From Acidimicrobiia bacterium (GTDB taxonomy: Bacteria > Actinomycetota > Acidimicrobiia > IMCC26256 > DASPTH01), in assembly GCA_035623515.1 (NCBI GenBank), contig DASPTH010000322.1, positions 1,526 to 65,525 on the forward strand: DNA of 64,000 nucleotides. The letters run 5' to 3'. Below are positions 27,248-37,341 of the stretch, in pieces. Numbering within the stretch: position 1 is the stretch's first letter; the number at the start of each line of letters is the position of its first letter. A model generated the notes under the pieces. The model did no database searches. It worked only from the letters and a program-made list of their open reading frames with translations, and was not told the origin of the DNA. The position numbers and the translations under genes were made by a program.

Positions 27248-27564
27248 CCGACGAACGAGTGCTCGGGCCGATCGGCACCGAGGTCGTGTTCGAGAACGAC
27301 CGCGTGCGGATCTGGGAGATGCGGCTCGAGCCGGGCGAGTCGTCGGCGGTGCACCGGCACGACCTCGACTACATGCTCGTGCTGCTCGATGGCGACAAGA
27401 TCGCCGCGGAGCCCGAGCCCGACACGCAGGGCGCGTTCGACGAGTACCTCGAAGCCGACGTCGTGCCGGGATCCGTCGTCTACATCGAGCGCGGCGGCGT
27501 CGAGACCGCGAAGAACGTCGGGCAGCTGCCCTACCGCGAGATCATCATCGAGCTCAAGGACTGA
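27244..27564 (+). CDS. Small cupin-like protein
   Basis: 106 aa. VRIWEMRLEPGESSAVHRHDLDYMLVLLDG looks like a cupin beta-barrel motif. ATGA overlap with the LLM gene. Confidence 0.5.
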   Translation: MTDERVLGPIGTEVVFENDRVRIWEMRLEPGESSAVHRHDLDYMLVLLDGDKIAAEPEPDTQGAFDEYLEADVVPGSVVYIERGGVETAKNVGQLPYREIIIELKD

Positions 27565-27600
27565 CGACACCGTTTCGAGCTGCGCGGGATCGTGCACGCG

Positions 27601-28482
27601 CTAACCCTCGAACGGGCCGCGTCCCATCTGCTCGCGCACGGTCTCCACAGGCGGGTTGGTGAGGCTACGCCGCTGCCAGTTGGCGCCGTCGACCACGAGC
27701 GTGCAGCCGGAGATGAAGCGCGCGTAGGGCGACGCGAGGAACGTGGCCGCCCATCCGAGCTCCTGCAGCTCGCCGACGCGCATCGCGGGCTGGCGGCGGT
27801 CCTGTTCCGCGGCGCGGTCGAGGTTGCCGCGGATGTCGGCGGTCATGTCCTCGTGCGGGAACAGACCGGGCACGAGCCCGTTCACCTGGATGCCGTACGG
27901 ACCCCACTCGACCGAGAGCGACTCCACCAGGCTCTTCACGCCCGCCTTCGCCGCCGCGCTGTGCACCCAGCCCGGCCCGCCGGTCCACGCGTACGAAGCG
28001 CCGATGTTCACGATCGACCCCGGCGTGCCCGAGGCGATGTGCCGGCGGCCGAACTCGCGCGTCACGAGGAAGGTGCCGTTGAGGGTGATGTCGATCACGC
28101 TGCGCCACGCGTTCGGCGACATGTCCTCCGACGGCACCGGGAAGTTGGCAGCGGCGTTGTTGACCAGCACGTCGGGCAGGTGGAACGCGGCCTCGGCCGC
28201 GTCGAACATCGCGGAGATCTGCTCGGGGTCGCGGATGTCGCACGCGACCACCGCAACCGGCGCGCCGAGCTCCTCGATCGCCGCCTTGCCCGCCTCGAGG
28301 TGCTCGGGCTTGCGGCTGCCGATGACGATGCTCGCGCCGAGGCGCGCGAACTCGCGCGCGATCGCCTTGCCGAGCCCGGTGCCGCCGCCGGTGACGAGCA
28401 CGCACGATCCGTCGAACGTGCCGGCGGGGAGCGCGCTGGCACCGACGGGAGGCGGCGCGGGGAGTCCTGGGTGGTCGGGCAT
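27601..28482 (-). CDS. SDR-family oxidoreductase (2,4-dienoyl-CoA reductase-like)
   Basis: VLVTGGGTGLGKAIA cofactor motif. Length and sequence resemble DECR-type SDRs. Confidence 0.8.
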   Translation of the reverse strand: MPDHPGLPAPPPVGASALPAGTFDGSCVLVTGGGTGLGKAIAREFARLGASIVIGSRKPEHLEAGKAAIEELGAPVAVVACDIRDPEQISAMFDAAEAAFHLPDVLVNNAAANFPVPSEDMSPNAWRSVIDITLNGTFLVTREFGRRHIASGTPGSIVNIGASYAWTGGPGWVHSAAAKAGVKSLVESLSVEWGPYGIQVNGLVPGLFPHEDMTADIRGNLDRAAEQDRRQPAMRVGELQELGWAATFLASPYARFISGCTLVVDGANWQRRSLTNPPVETVREQMGRGPFEG

Positions 28483-28486
28483 GGGG

Positions 28487-29269
28487 TCAGCTCCCTGTGT
28501 AGCGGGGCTCGCGTCCCTCGGCGTGAGCGGCGCGCGCCTCGGCGTAGTCGTCCGACTTGTTGATGAACGTCTGCGCGATCAGCTCCTCCGCCATCGACGA
28601 GCGGATCTCCGGCTCGGCGAGGTGCTGGATCACCCGGCGCGCCATCTTCACCGTGACCATCGGTGCGGCTGCGATCTTGCGCGCCATCTCCCAGACCGTG
28701 TCGTCGAGCGCGTCGTTCGGGACGACGCGCGAGACGATGCCGTGCCCGTGCGCCTCCGCCGCGTCCATCGGCCGTCCGGTGAGCACGAGATCGCTCGCCA
28801 CCCCGTGACCGCACATCTGGAACAGGCGGCCGACGCCGCCCGTGTCGGGAATAACGCCGTGCGACACCTCCGGCAGCATGAAGCGGGCGTCCTCGGCGGC
28901 GACGCGGATGTCGCAGAGCAGCGCGCGCTGGAACGACGCGCCGATCGCCCAACCCTGGATGGCGACGATGATCGGCGCGTCGAGGTCGAAGATCTGCTGG
29001 ACGCCGCGGTGGCCGCGTTGCATGAGCTCGTGGTGTGACATCTCGACCTGGCCGCCGCCGATCGCCCCGACGTCGCGCCCCGACGAGAACGCCTTGCCCT
29101 CGCCGCGCCAGATCACCGCGCGCACGTCGGGCCGCTCCCGCAACTCGCCGAGGATCTCCCAGAGCCGGGCGTCCATCGCGTCGTCGAACGCGTTGCGCTT
29201 GTCGGGGTTGTCGTTCGTGATCACCGCGACCGACCCCTCGTACTCGAGCCGCACCCTCTCGTCGGGCAT
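28487..29269 (-). CDS. Enoyl-CoA hydratase/isomerase family protein
   Basis: ORF 28487..29314. Crotonase fold (AFSSGRDV, IVAIQGWAIGASFQRALLCDIRVA). The start at MPDERV has a GAGGGGAGGA RBS. Confidence 0.85.
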   Translation of the reverse strand: MPDERVRLEYEGSVAVITNDNPDKRNAFDDAMDARLWEILGELRERPDVRAVIWRGEGKAFSSGRDVGAIGGGQVEMSHHELMQRGHRGVQQIFDLDAPIIVAIQGWAIGASFQRALLCDIRVAAEDARFMLPEVSHGVIPDTGGVGRLFQMCGHGVASDLVLTGRPMDAAEAHGHGIVSRVVPNDALDDTVWEMARKIAAAPMVTVKMARRVIQHLAEPEIRSSMAEELIAQTFINKSDDYAEARAAHAEGREPRYTGS

Positions 29270-29361
29270 GTGCACTGTCCTCCCCTCTCTCGCCGCCCGA
29301 ACTTGCGTCAGCAACCGACGCTCTACGTCGCTTGGTGACGCAACTTCGCTGGCGCTGGTGG

Positions 29362-30486
29362 TTACGCCGGGTCGAGCACGTCCCCGAAGCCGTAGCGCGC
29401 GTGCGGCCCGAAGCAGATCTGCTCGAGGACGCCCACACCGGTCACGTCACCGGTGGTCGCGCGGACGACCTGCTGGAGGTGCTGGTTCTCGAAGGCCATC
29501 GGGTCGAGGTCGTCGACCTTCCACGACTCGCCGGCGTACGCCAGCTCACCCTTCCACATGCCGTGCCCCCACTCCGGGTGCATGTAGCCGATTCCCTTCA
29601 TGCGGAAGCAGATGAGCGGCTCGAGGTCGACGGCCTCGCGCGTGCCGTCGGCGTGCACGAGGCCGATCTCGGCGTGGCCGGCGCGGCGGGTGCCGGGGAT
29701 GTAGTCGATGGCGTGGTCGACGCCCGCCAGCAGCTCGATCCCCGGATCTTCGGCGCCCGGGATGTCGTCGGCGTTCGCGTACACGGGCAGCACCGCGCCG
29801 TCGGTGTGCCAGCGGTTGCCGTTGCCGTCCTCGAACACGCCGTAGTGCGTACAGCGGTCGTCCCAGTGGATCGGCGCCCACAGGAAGAACGTCTGGCGCC
29901 CCATACCCGCCGCGGGCGCCAAACCGCGATCGGGCGCTCCGACGGGTCGCACGCCCCAGCTGCGGTCCTTCGTGCCGTAGACGCGGGCGGCGTCGATCGG
30001 CACGGTCCGGCCGTCGTAGCGGATCTCCCCCTCCCACTTGCCGAACTGCGCGAAGCGAGTGACGTCCATCACCAGCCGCGGCCCGGCGTTCCGGATCTGG
30101 CGACCCTCCTCGACGCACGCGGTGCGCGCGGTGAACATCACGTCGGCAGCGATCCCCGTGTCGTTCTCGTCGACGACGACCCGGATCCGCCGCATCGGCT
30201 CGACGACCTCGATCCGGAACGGACCCACGTCGAGATCGGTCGGCTCAGCCGGCGCGCGGCGCGACGCGTGGAAGGCGTGCTGCTCGCCGTCACGCACGAT
30301 GCTGAGCCCGCAGTCGAGGATCCCGAGGTTGGGGTAGAGCGCGGCGCCGACCCCGAAGTAGAACTCGCCGTCTTCCTGGTACCCGTTGAACCAGTACCGG
30401 TCGTAGGCGTTGCGGTCGCCGGTGGCGGGATGCGCGACCGGCTGCGACGTCTGATGGATCGGGTAGTCGTCGAACTTGCTCAGCAC
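29362..30486 (-). CDS. Conserved-looking hypothetical protein (374 aa), first gene of the operon with the hydratase and SDR
   Basis: ORF 29362..30561. The GTG at 30486 is preceded by GGAGGA. The protein is beta-rich and I recognise no catalytic motif. Confidence 0.6.
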   Translation of the reverse strand: MLSKFDDYPIHQTSQPVAHPATGDRNAYDRYWFNGYQEDGEFYFGVGAALYPNLGILDCGLSIVRDGEQHAFHASRRAPAEPTDLDVGPFRIEVVEPMRRIRVVVDENDTGIAADVMFTARTACVEEGRQIRNAGPRLVMDVTRFAQFGKWEGEIRYDGRTVPIDAARVYGTKDRSWGVRPVGAPDRGLAPAAGMGRQTFFLWAPIHWDDRCTHYGVFEDGNGNRWHTDGAVLPVYANADDIPGAEDPGIELLAGVDHAIDYIPGTRRAGHAEIGLVHADGTREAVDLEPLICFRMKGIGYMHPEWGHGMWKGELAYAGESWKVDDLDPMAFENQHLQQVVRATTGDVTGVGVLEQICFGPHARYGFGDVLDPA

Positions 30487-30575
30487 GGGTCCTCCAAGGG
30501 ACGCTGCCGCCCGGTCGAGTGACCGAGCCGGGCCCATTATCGGGCACGGTCCACCGTGCAAGCGAGGTGCGAGCG

Positions 30576-31406
30576 ATGCCCGACCCGACGCTCACTGGTT
30601 TCGCCGACAAGGTCGCGGTGGTGACGGGCGCCGGGCGCATGCGCTCGATCGGCCGGCCGATCGCGGTCGAGCTCGCCCGGGCCGGCTGCGACGTCGTGCT
30701 CACCGGCACGGGCCGCCCGGCCGACCGCTACCCGGACGACGAGAAAGCCGCGGGCTGGCGCGACATCGAGTCGGTCGCCGACGAGGTGCGCGCCCTCGGC
30801 CGCCGGGCCTTGCCGGTGGTCAGCGACGTCGCCGACCCCGCCGCGGTCGACGCCCTCGCCGAGCAGGTGACGAGCGAGTTCGGCCGCGTCGACATCGTCG
30901 TGAACAACGCCGGCGCCGCGCGCGGCGCGGATCGCGTACCGGTGATCGACCTCGACGTGGACGTGTGGCGCCACGTGATCGACGTCAACCTGCACGGCAC
31001 CTTCTACATGAGCCGCGCCTTCGGTCGACGGCTGGTCGACCAGGGGGACGGCGGCAGCATCGTGAACATCTCGTCGATCGCCGGCAAGCTGCTCGCGGCG
31101 AACACCGCGGCCTACTCGGCGTCGAAGGCGGCCATCCACGCGCTCACATGCGCGATGTCGGCCGAGCTCGGTCGCTCGGGCGTCCGGGTCAACGCGGTGT
31201 GCCCGGGCATCATCGACACCTTCCGCATGGACGACGTCCCGCGCGGCGAGGTGTGGGACCAGCTCGTCGACCGTCAGGTGCCGCTCGGGCGCGCGGGCAC
31301 CGGCGACGACATCGCGTGGATCGTGCTCTACCTGTGCTCCGACCAGGGCGCGTGGATCACGGGCCAGCTCTACACGGTCGACGGCGGGACCGTACCCGGC
31401 CGCTGA
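30576..31406 (+). CDS. SDR-family oxidoreductase
   Basis: VAVVTGAGRMRSIGRPIA and YSASKAA motifs. I prefer the ATG at 30576 within ORF 30519..31406. Confidence 0.85.
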   Translation: MPDPTLTGFADKVAVVTGAGRMRSIGRPIAVELARAGCDVVLTGTGRPADRYPDDEKAAGWRDIESVADEVRALGRRALPVVSDVADPAAVDALAEQVTSEFGRVDIVVNNAGAARGADRVPVIDLDVDVWRHVIDVNLHGTFYMSRAFGRRLVDQGDGGSIVNISSIAGKLLAANTAAYSASKAAIHALTCAMSAELGRSGVRVNAVCPGIIDTFRMDDVPRGEVWDQLVDRQVPLGRAGTGDDIAWIVLYLCSDQGAWITGQLYTVDGGTVPGR

Positions 31407-31412
31407 CGCGCG

Positions 31413-32399
31413 TTACGCGTCGACGTCGATGACGACCTTGCCGAGCGCCCCGCGTCCGCTGACCACGCGCAGCGCGTCCGCGCCCTGCTCGAGCGGGAAG
31501 TGGTGCCCGATGAACGGCTTCAGCAGCCCGTCGTCGTACCAACGGAAGAGCTGCTCGAAGTCGCGCGCGACGCTCTCGGGGTCGAGGCGCGCGGACGCGC
31601 CGTACGCGACGCCGATGAGCGAGATCGACTTCAGGAGCACGAGGTTGAGCCCGACGCTCGGGATCTCGCCGCCCGCGAAGCCGACGACGAGGTAGCGCCC
31701 GTTCCACGCGAGGCAACGCAGGTACTCGCGGAAGTCACGGCCGCCGACGGGGTCGAAGACGACGTCGACCCCACGCCCGCCGGTGAGCTCCTTCACCCGC
31801 TCCGACAGCCCGGGCTCGCGGTAGTCGACGGCGGCGTCGGCCCCACACTCCTCGGCGATGCGGAGCTTCTCCGCGCCGCCGGCCGCGCCCACGACGTACG
31901 CGCCCATCGCCTTCGCCACCTGGATCGCGGCCGAGCCGGTGCCGCCGGCGGCGCCGAGCACGAGCACGCTCTCCCCCGCCTCGAGCCGGCCGCGCCGGAA
32001 CCCGAGAATGGCCGTGCCGTAGGTGAGGTCGAACGCGGCGGCCTCGTCGTACCCCATCGCGTCGGGGATACGGAACAGCTGGTCGTGGCGTGCCGGCCGC
32101 GCGATGACCTCGCTCGCGAAGGCGCCCACACCGGTCATCGCGAGCACGCGGTCGCCGACCGCGAACCCGTCGACGTCGGCGCCGACCTCGAGCAGCGTGC
32201 CCGCGCACTCGTGCCCGGGAACGAAGGGCGGGTCGTACCGGTACTGGTACTGCCCGCGGATCACGAGCGTGTCGGGGAAATTCACCGACGCGGCCCGCAC
32301 GCCGATGCGCACCTCGTTCGGGCCGCATTGCGGCGAGGGCCATTCCTCGACGCGCAGCACCTCTTCGCCGCCGAGCTCCGGGCACACCAGCGCTTTCAC
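31413..32399 (-). CDS. Zn-independent medium-chain dehydrogenase / NADPH:quinone oxidoreductase
   Basis: The C-terminal 328 aa of ORF 31413..32849 begin at VKALV (GTG 32399). Motif GAAGGTGSAAIQVAK. The upstream 150 aa are antisense to the methyltransferase and are rejected. Confidence 0.85.
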   Translation of the reverse strand: MKALVCPELGGEEVLRVEEWPSPQCGPNEVRIGVRAASVNFPDTLVIRGQYQYRYDPPFVPGHECAGTLLEVGADVDGFAVGDRVLAMTGVGAFASEVIARPARHDQLFRIPDAMGYDEAAAFDLTYGTAILGFRRGRLEAGESVLVLGAAGGTGSAAIQVAKAMGAYVVGAAGGAEKLRIAEECGADAAVDYREPGLSERVKELTGGRGVDVVFDPVGGRDFREYLRCLAWNGRYLVVGFAGGEIPSVGLNLVLLKSISLIGVAYGASARLDPESVARDFEQLFRWYDDGLLKPFIGHHFPLEQGADALRVVSGRGALGKVVIDVDA

Positions 32400-32436
32400 C
32401 GGCAGGGAGGGTACCGGGTCTGCCACGCTGGCGGAG

Positions 32437-33231
32437 GTGGGCGAGCTGCGCGCCATCTTCGACGAGGACGCCGAGCGGTACGACCGCGCCCGGCCGCGGT
32501 ATCCCGACGCGCTGTTCGACGACCTCGCCGAGCTCGCCGGTCTCCAGCGCGGGAGTCGCGTGCTGGAGATCGGGTGCGGCACCGGGCAGGCGACCGTGCC
32601 GCTCGCGCGGCGCGGGTGCGCGATCGTCGCCGTCGAGCTCGGCCCGCACCTCGCCGCGGTCGCCCGTCGCGCCCTCGCCGACTTCCGCGACGTCGAGGTC
32701 GTCGTCGCGACGTTCGAGGACTGGCCGCTGCCCTCGGAACCCTTCGACGCGGTCGTCGCGTTCACGTCGTTCCACTGGGTCGACGCCGCCGTCGGGCTCG
32801 CCAAGGTCGCCGATGCGCTGCGCCCCGGGGGCGCGTTCGTGACGGTCATGGCCGACCACGTCGCGGGCGGTACCGCGCCCTTCTTCGTCGAGGTCCAGGA
32901 CTGCTACGAGCGGTGGGACCCCGATACGCCGCCGGGGCTGCGGCTGACGCCGGCGGACGCGGTGGCCGACGACGTCGCGCCGGACCCCGGCGGGCGGTTC
33001 GGGCCGGCCGCGTTCCGCCGGTACGAGGCGGACGTTGCGTACACCACCGACGCCTACCTCGACGTGCTGCTCACGTACTCGGGCCACCGCGCGCTCGACG
33101 ACGAACGGCGCGCCGGGCTGCTCGCGTGCATCGCCTCGCTCATCGACACCCGCTACGGCGGCCTCATCGTGAAGCGCTACCTCTGGCGCCTCGACGTGCG
33201 GCACCGGACACCGTCGTCGAGCGCTGAGTAG
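32437..33231 (+). CDS. Class I SAM-dependent methyltransferase
   Basis: The 3' part of ORF 32023..33231. Motifs VLEIGCGTGQAT and ERYDRARPRYP. The start (GTG 32437) is approximate. Confidence 0.75.
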   Translation: MGELRAIFDEDAERYDRARPRYPDALFDDLAELAGLQRGSRVLEIGCGTGQATVPLARRGCAIVAVELGPHLAAVARRALADFRDVEVVVATFEDWPLPSEPFDAVVAFTSFHWVDAAVGLAKVADALRPGGAFVTVMADHVAGGTAPFFVEVQDCYERWDPDTPPGLRLTPADAVADDVAPDPGGRFGPAAFRRYEADVAYTTDAYLDVLLTYSGHRALDDERRAGLLACIASLIDTRYGGLIVKRYLWRLDVRHRTPSSSAE

Positions 33232-33240
33232 GGTCCAGCC

Positions 33241-33687
33241 ATGGACGCAGCGGAACGGCTCCTCGCGGTCGAGGAGATCAAGCAGTTGAAGGCGCGCTAC
33301 TTCCGGTGCATGGACACCAAGGACTGGGACGGGTACGCCGCGGTCTACGCAGCCGACGCGGTGCTCGACGTCAGCGGCGAGTCGGGCGTCCCCGACGGTG
33401 AAGGCGTCATCCGCGGCGGTACCGCCATCGCCGAGTACGTCAAGGGCCAGGTCGATCCCGTCACCACCGTGCACCACGGGCACATGCCCGAGATCGAGAT
33501 CACGTCACCCACCACCGCGACCGGCATCTGGTCGATGGAAGACATGCTGCGGTGGCCCGAGGACGCGCCGATCGACTGGATGCACGGGTACGGCCACTAC
33601 CACGAGACCTACGAGAAGGTCGACGGCGAGTGGCGCATCAAGTCGTGCCGGCTCACACGGCTGCGCGTCGACTTCGGGATGCGATAG
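33241..33687 (+). CDS. NTF2/SnoaL-like family protein
   Basis: 148 aa. The N-terminal EEIKQLKARYFRCMDTKDWDGYAAVYAADA is typical of SnoaL_4-type proteins. Confidence 0.65.
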   Translation: MDAAERLLAVEEIKQLKARYFRCMDTKDWDGYAAVYAADAVLDVSGESGVPDGEGVIRGGTAIAEYVKGQVDPVTTVHHGHMPEIEITSPTTATGIWSMEDMLRWPEDAPIDWMHGYGHYHETYEKVDGEWRIKSCRLTRLRVDFGMR

Positions 33688-33689
33688 CG

Positions 33690-34658
33690 CTACTTCGCCG
33701 CAGGCATCACCTCGTCGGTGACGATCTTCAGGTACCTCCACGCGAGGTCGGGCGGGAGCCCTCCGCACAAGGGTTGGAGCGCCAGCAGCCCGCCGCTCTT
33801 CACCATCGCGATCGCGTCGTCGACGTCGTAGATGCGGTAGGACCCCTCCTCGGCTCGCAACTCGTCGACCGTCCGCGCCGCCGACATGCTCGCGATCCCC
33901 GACTTGTCGACGTTCCACGAACCGTAGGTGGCGACGTCGTGCAGCATGTGGGGGCCGATCTCCTCCCACGCCCGGTCGACGTCGTCGGCGACGAAGACGG
34001 TGGTGGCGCTCCCCGGCTGGGGGATCGCGCACATGCCGGGTTCCTGCCCGTGCTTGCGGGCCTCGGCCTCGTAGACCTCCTGGAGGCCCGGCCCGCCGCC
34101 TTCGGCGAAGAAATTGAGCCCGTAGCGGCCGGCCCGGCGCGCCGCGGGCACGGTGCCGCCGCCCCACGAGATCTGGAGCGGCCGCGCCGGCGCGGGGGTG
34201 ACGTGCACGTGGCGTCCCTCGTGTTCGAACGGCTCCCCCGAGAGCGCGCGCAGCAGCAGCGCGAGCTTGGCGTCGGCCACCGCGCCGCGCTCGTCCCAGT
34301 CGACGCCGAACATCTCGAACTCCTCGGGCCGGTAGCCGAGGGCGAGCACGTACGAGACGCGGCCATTGCTGATGATGTCGAGGATCGCCATGTCCTCGGC
34401 CAGCCGGATGGGGTCGTAGAACGGCATGAGGGCGGCGCCGATCGTGAACGCCATCGTTTTCGTGCGCGCCGCCATCGCCGACGCGAGGAGCAACGGCGAC
34501 GGGAGGTACCCGTCGGGCGATCCGTGGTGCTCCGAGATCACGCACATCAGACCGCCGCGGCCTTCGGCGTACTCCGCCATCCCGATCGCCGCGTCGTACA
34601 GCGCCGGCATCGTGTCGACACCGCCGGGGGCCCGCATGTCGAACCGCATCATGAACAT
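33690..34658 (-). CDS. LLM-class flavin-dependent oxidoreductase
   Basis: VISEHHGSPDGYLPSPL and GRVSYVLALGYRPEEFEMFG boxes. Confidence 0.7.
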   Translation of the reverse strand: MFMMRFDMRAPGGVDTMPALYDAAIGMAEYAEGRGGLMCVISEHHGSPDGYLPSPLLLASAMAARTKTMAFTIGAALMPFYDPIRLAEDMAILDIISNGRVSYVLALGYRPEEFEMFGVDWDERGAVADAKLALLLRALSGEPFEHEGRHVHVTPAPARPLQISWGGGTVPAARRAGRYGLNFFAEGGGPGLQEVYEAEARKHGQEPGMCAIPQPGSATTVFVADDVDRAWEEIGPHMLHDVATYGSWNVDKSGIASMSAARTVDELRAEEGSYRIYDVDDAIAMVKSGGLLALQPLCGGLPPDLAWRYLKIVTDEVMPAAK

Positions 34659-34660
34659 GC

Positions 34661-34823
34661 GCCGACGTTATCTGCGCACGCGACGCCAGGCGAGAGGGTC
34701 CGGGAGTCCTGTCCCGTCGAGCCGCACGCGGCGACGAGGCGAGCCCGCCAGGGCGAGTCGAGGAGCTCGCCAGGAGCGAGCGACCGCGGCGCAAGTACCC
34801 TGCGCCGCCGCGAGCGACGAGTT
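34661..34823 (-). repeat. Intergenic repeat element, copy A (inverted relative to copy B)
   Basis: The rc of 34758-34788 (cgcggtcgctcgctcctggcgagctcctcga) matches 37208-37238 at 29/31 positions. Flanking blocks (tcgtcgctcgc, cctcgtcgccgcg, gctcgacgggaca) are also shared. Confidence 0.55.
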
Positions 34824-35825
34824 CTACGGGCTGTAGAACTGCTTCGCCCACTCGCGCTGTTCGAGGAGCTTCTTCTCCGACTTCGTGACGATAGGGCGCT
34901 CGACGTAGCGCTTGTTCTCCCAGATCGGGAGATCCTGGCTCACGCCGGCGGTGAGTCCGTCGGCCGCCATCCTGGCTGCGTCGTCACCGGCGGAACGCGG
35001 CGCGGAGAACACCCAGCGCACCTTCACGTTCTCGTCGTCGATCGGCGTGGTCGACGACAGGAACACCATGCGATCGCCCATGTGCAACACGCCGAGGCCC
35101 AGGCCGTAGCCCTCGCGGACGAACATGCCGCCGGCACCCACCGTGCGCTTGTAGGTGCCGCGGATCTCGAACTCGTCGTCGGGGATGTTCGGGCTGCCGT
35201 GCACGTACCTGAAGTGCGCGAAGTCGACGTTGTTCTCCGCCATCTCCTGGCAGCACGTGGCGACGTCGAACTCTCGGATCTCGTACGGGAGCCACTCGGC
35301 GTCGTAGAGCTCGGGCACCTCCGGCACGTCGTAGAACGGCGCCTCACCCTGCAGGTGGTGCCATGCCCAGATCATGTGGTTGCGCTCGAGCGTGGGGTAG
35401 CTGCGCACGCGAGCCTGCGTGGGGATGCGGTCGGTATCGCCGTACGGGATCTCGTTGCACACGCCCGATTCGCCGTCGTAGCGCCAACCGTGGAACGGGC
35501 ACCGGATGCAGTCGCCCTCGACCTTCCCGCCGACGCCGAGGTGGGCGCCGAGGTGCGCGCAGTAGGCGTCGACCATCCGCGGCTCGCCCGACTCGGTGCG
35601 GAAGAGCACGACGTCGTTGCCGAACACGTGCAGGGCCATGGTCTGGCCGGGGTCGAGGTCGCGGCTCTCCGCGACGATGAACCAGCCGTTCGGGACAGGG
35701 AACGGGAAGCGCTTCTCGCCCGGCTTCCGGGTGCGGACGATCGGCCGGCGCGTGCGGTCGGTGATCGCCTCGACGTCACGGGGCATCGGGAAGCCGGTGA
35801 AGGTCTGGTACTCGGTCGTCGACAT
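34824..35825 (-). CDS. Rieske [2Fe-2S] non-heme-iron oxygenase (KshA/phthalate-family-like)
   Basis: Rieske motif CAHLGAHLG...CPFHGW. The start at MSTTEYQ (35825) lies within ORF 34824..35900. Confidence 0.85.
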   Translation of the reverse strand: MSTTEYQTFTGFPMPRDVEAITDRTRRPIVRTRKPGEKRFPFPVPNGWFIVAESRDLDPGQTMALHVFGNDVVLFRTESGEPRMVDAYCAHLGAHLGVGGKVEGDCIRCPFHGWRYDGESGVCNEIPYGDTDRIPTQARVRSYPTLERNHMIWAWHHLQGEAPFYDVPEVPELYDAEWLPYEIREFDVATCCQEMAENNVDFAHFRYVHGSPNIPDDEFEIRGTYKRTVGAGGMFVREGYGLGLGVLHMGDRMVFLSSTTPIDDENVKVRWVFSAPRSAGDDAARMAADGLTAGVSQDLPIWENKRYVERPIVTKSEKKLLEQREWAKQFYSP

Positions 35826-35971
35826 GGCCGCTCCCGGATCGTGATTCCGAACGAGCATAAACATAACCCAGGTCGACTCCCTGCCACCCGCCTCTCGCAA
35901 GGCCCGGCGGGCGCCTGGCGTAGATTGCCGTCCTCGGCCGGCTCCGCACGGGCCGCTGCAAGGGGGTTGCC

Positions 35972-37174
<1,203 letters not shown>

Positions 37175-37341
37175 TTCGTCGCTCGCTGCTCGGCGGGACA
37201 CCCGCCTCGCGGCCGCTCGCTCCTGGCGAGCTCCTCGGCTCGCTGCGCTCACCTCGTCGCCGCGGTTCCTGTACGTCGCGCCGTCTCCACCCACCTCCTC
37301 GACTCGCGTCGCTCGCCGCTCGACGGGACACCCGCCTCGCG
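37175..37341 (+). repeat. Intergenic repeat element, copy B, bounded by 35-bp direct repeats
   Basis: DR1 (37177-37211) and DR2 (37307-37341) are identical at 33/35 positions (cgtcgctcgcYgctcgRcgggacacccgcctcgcg). The element fills the entire gap between the two convergent stop codons. Confidence 0.6.

Noticed and set aside
31413-32849. N-terminal extensions of several track ORFs: 31413-32849, 40617-42689, 45578-47134, 43856-45349, 37342-38466, 60173-61975 and 56275-57564.
   Set aside because: The extensions overlap neighbouring genes on the other strand or frame and are low-complexity. Family homology begins at internal ATG/GTG codons, most of them preceded by an RBS.
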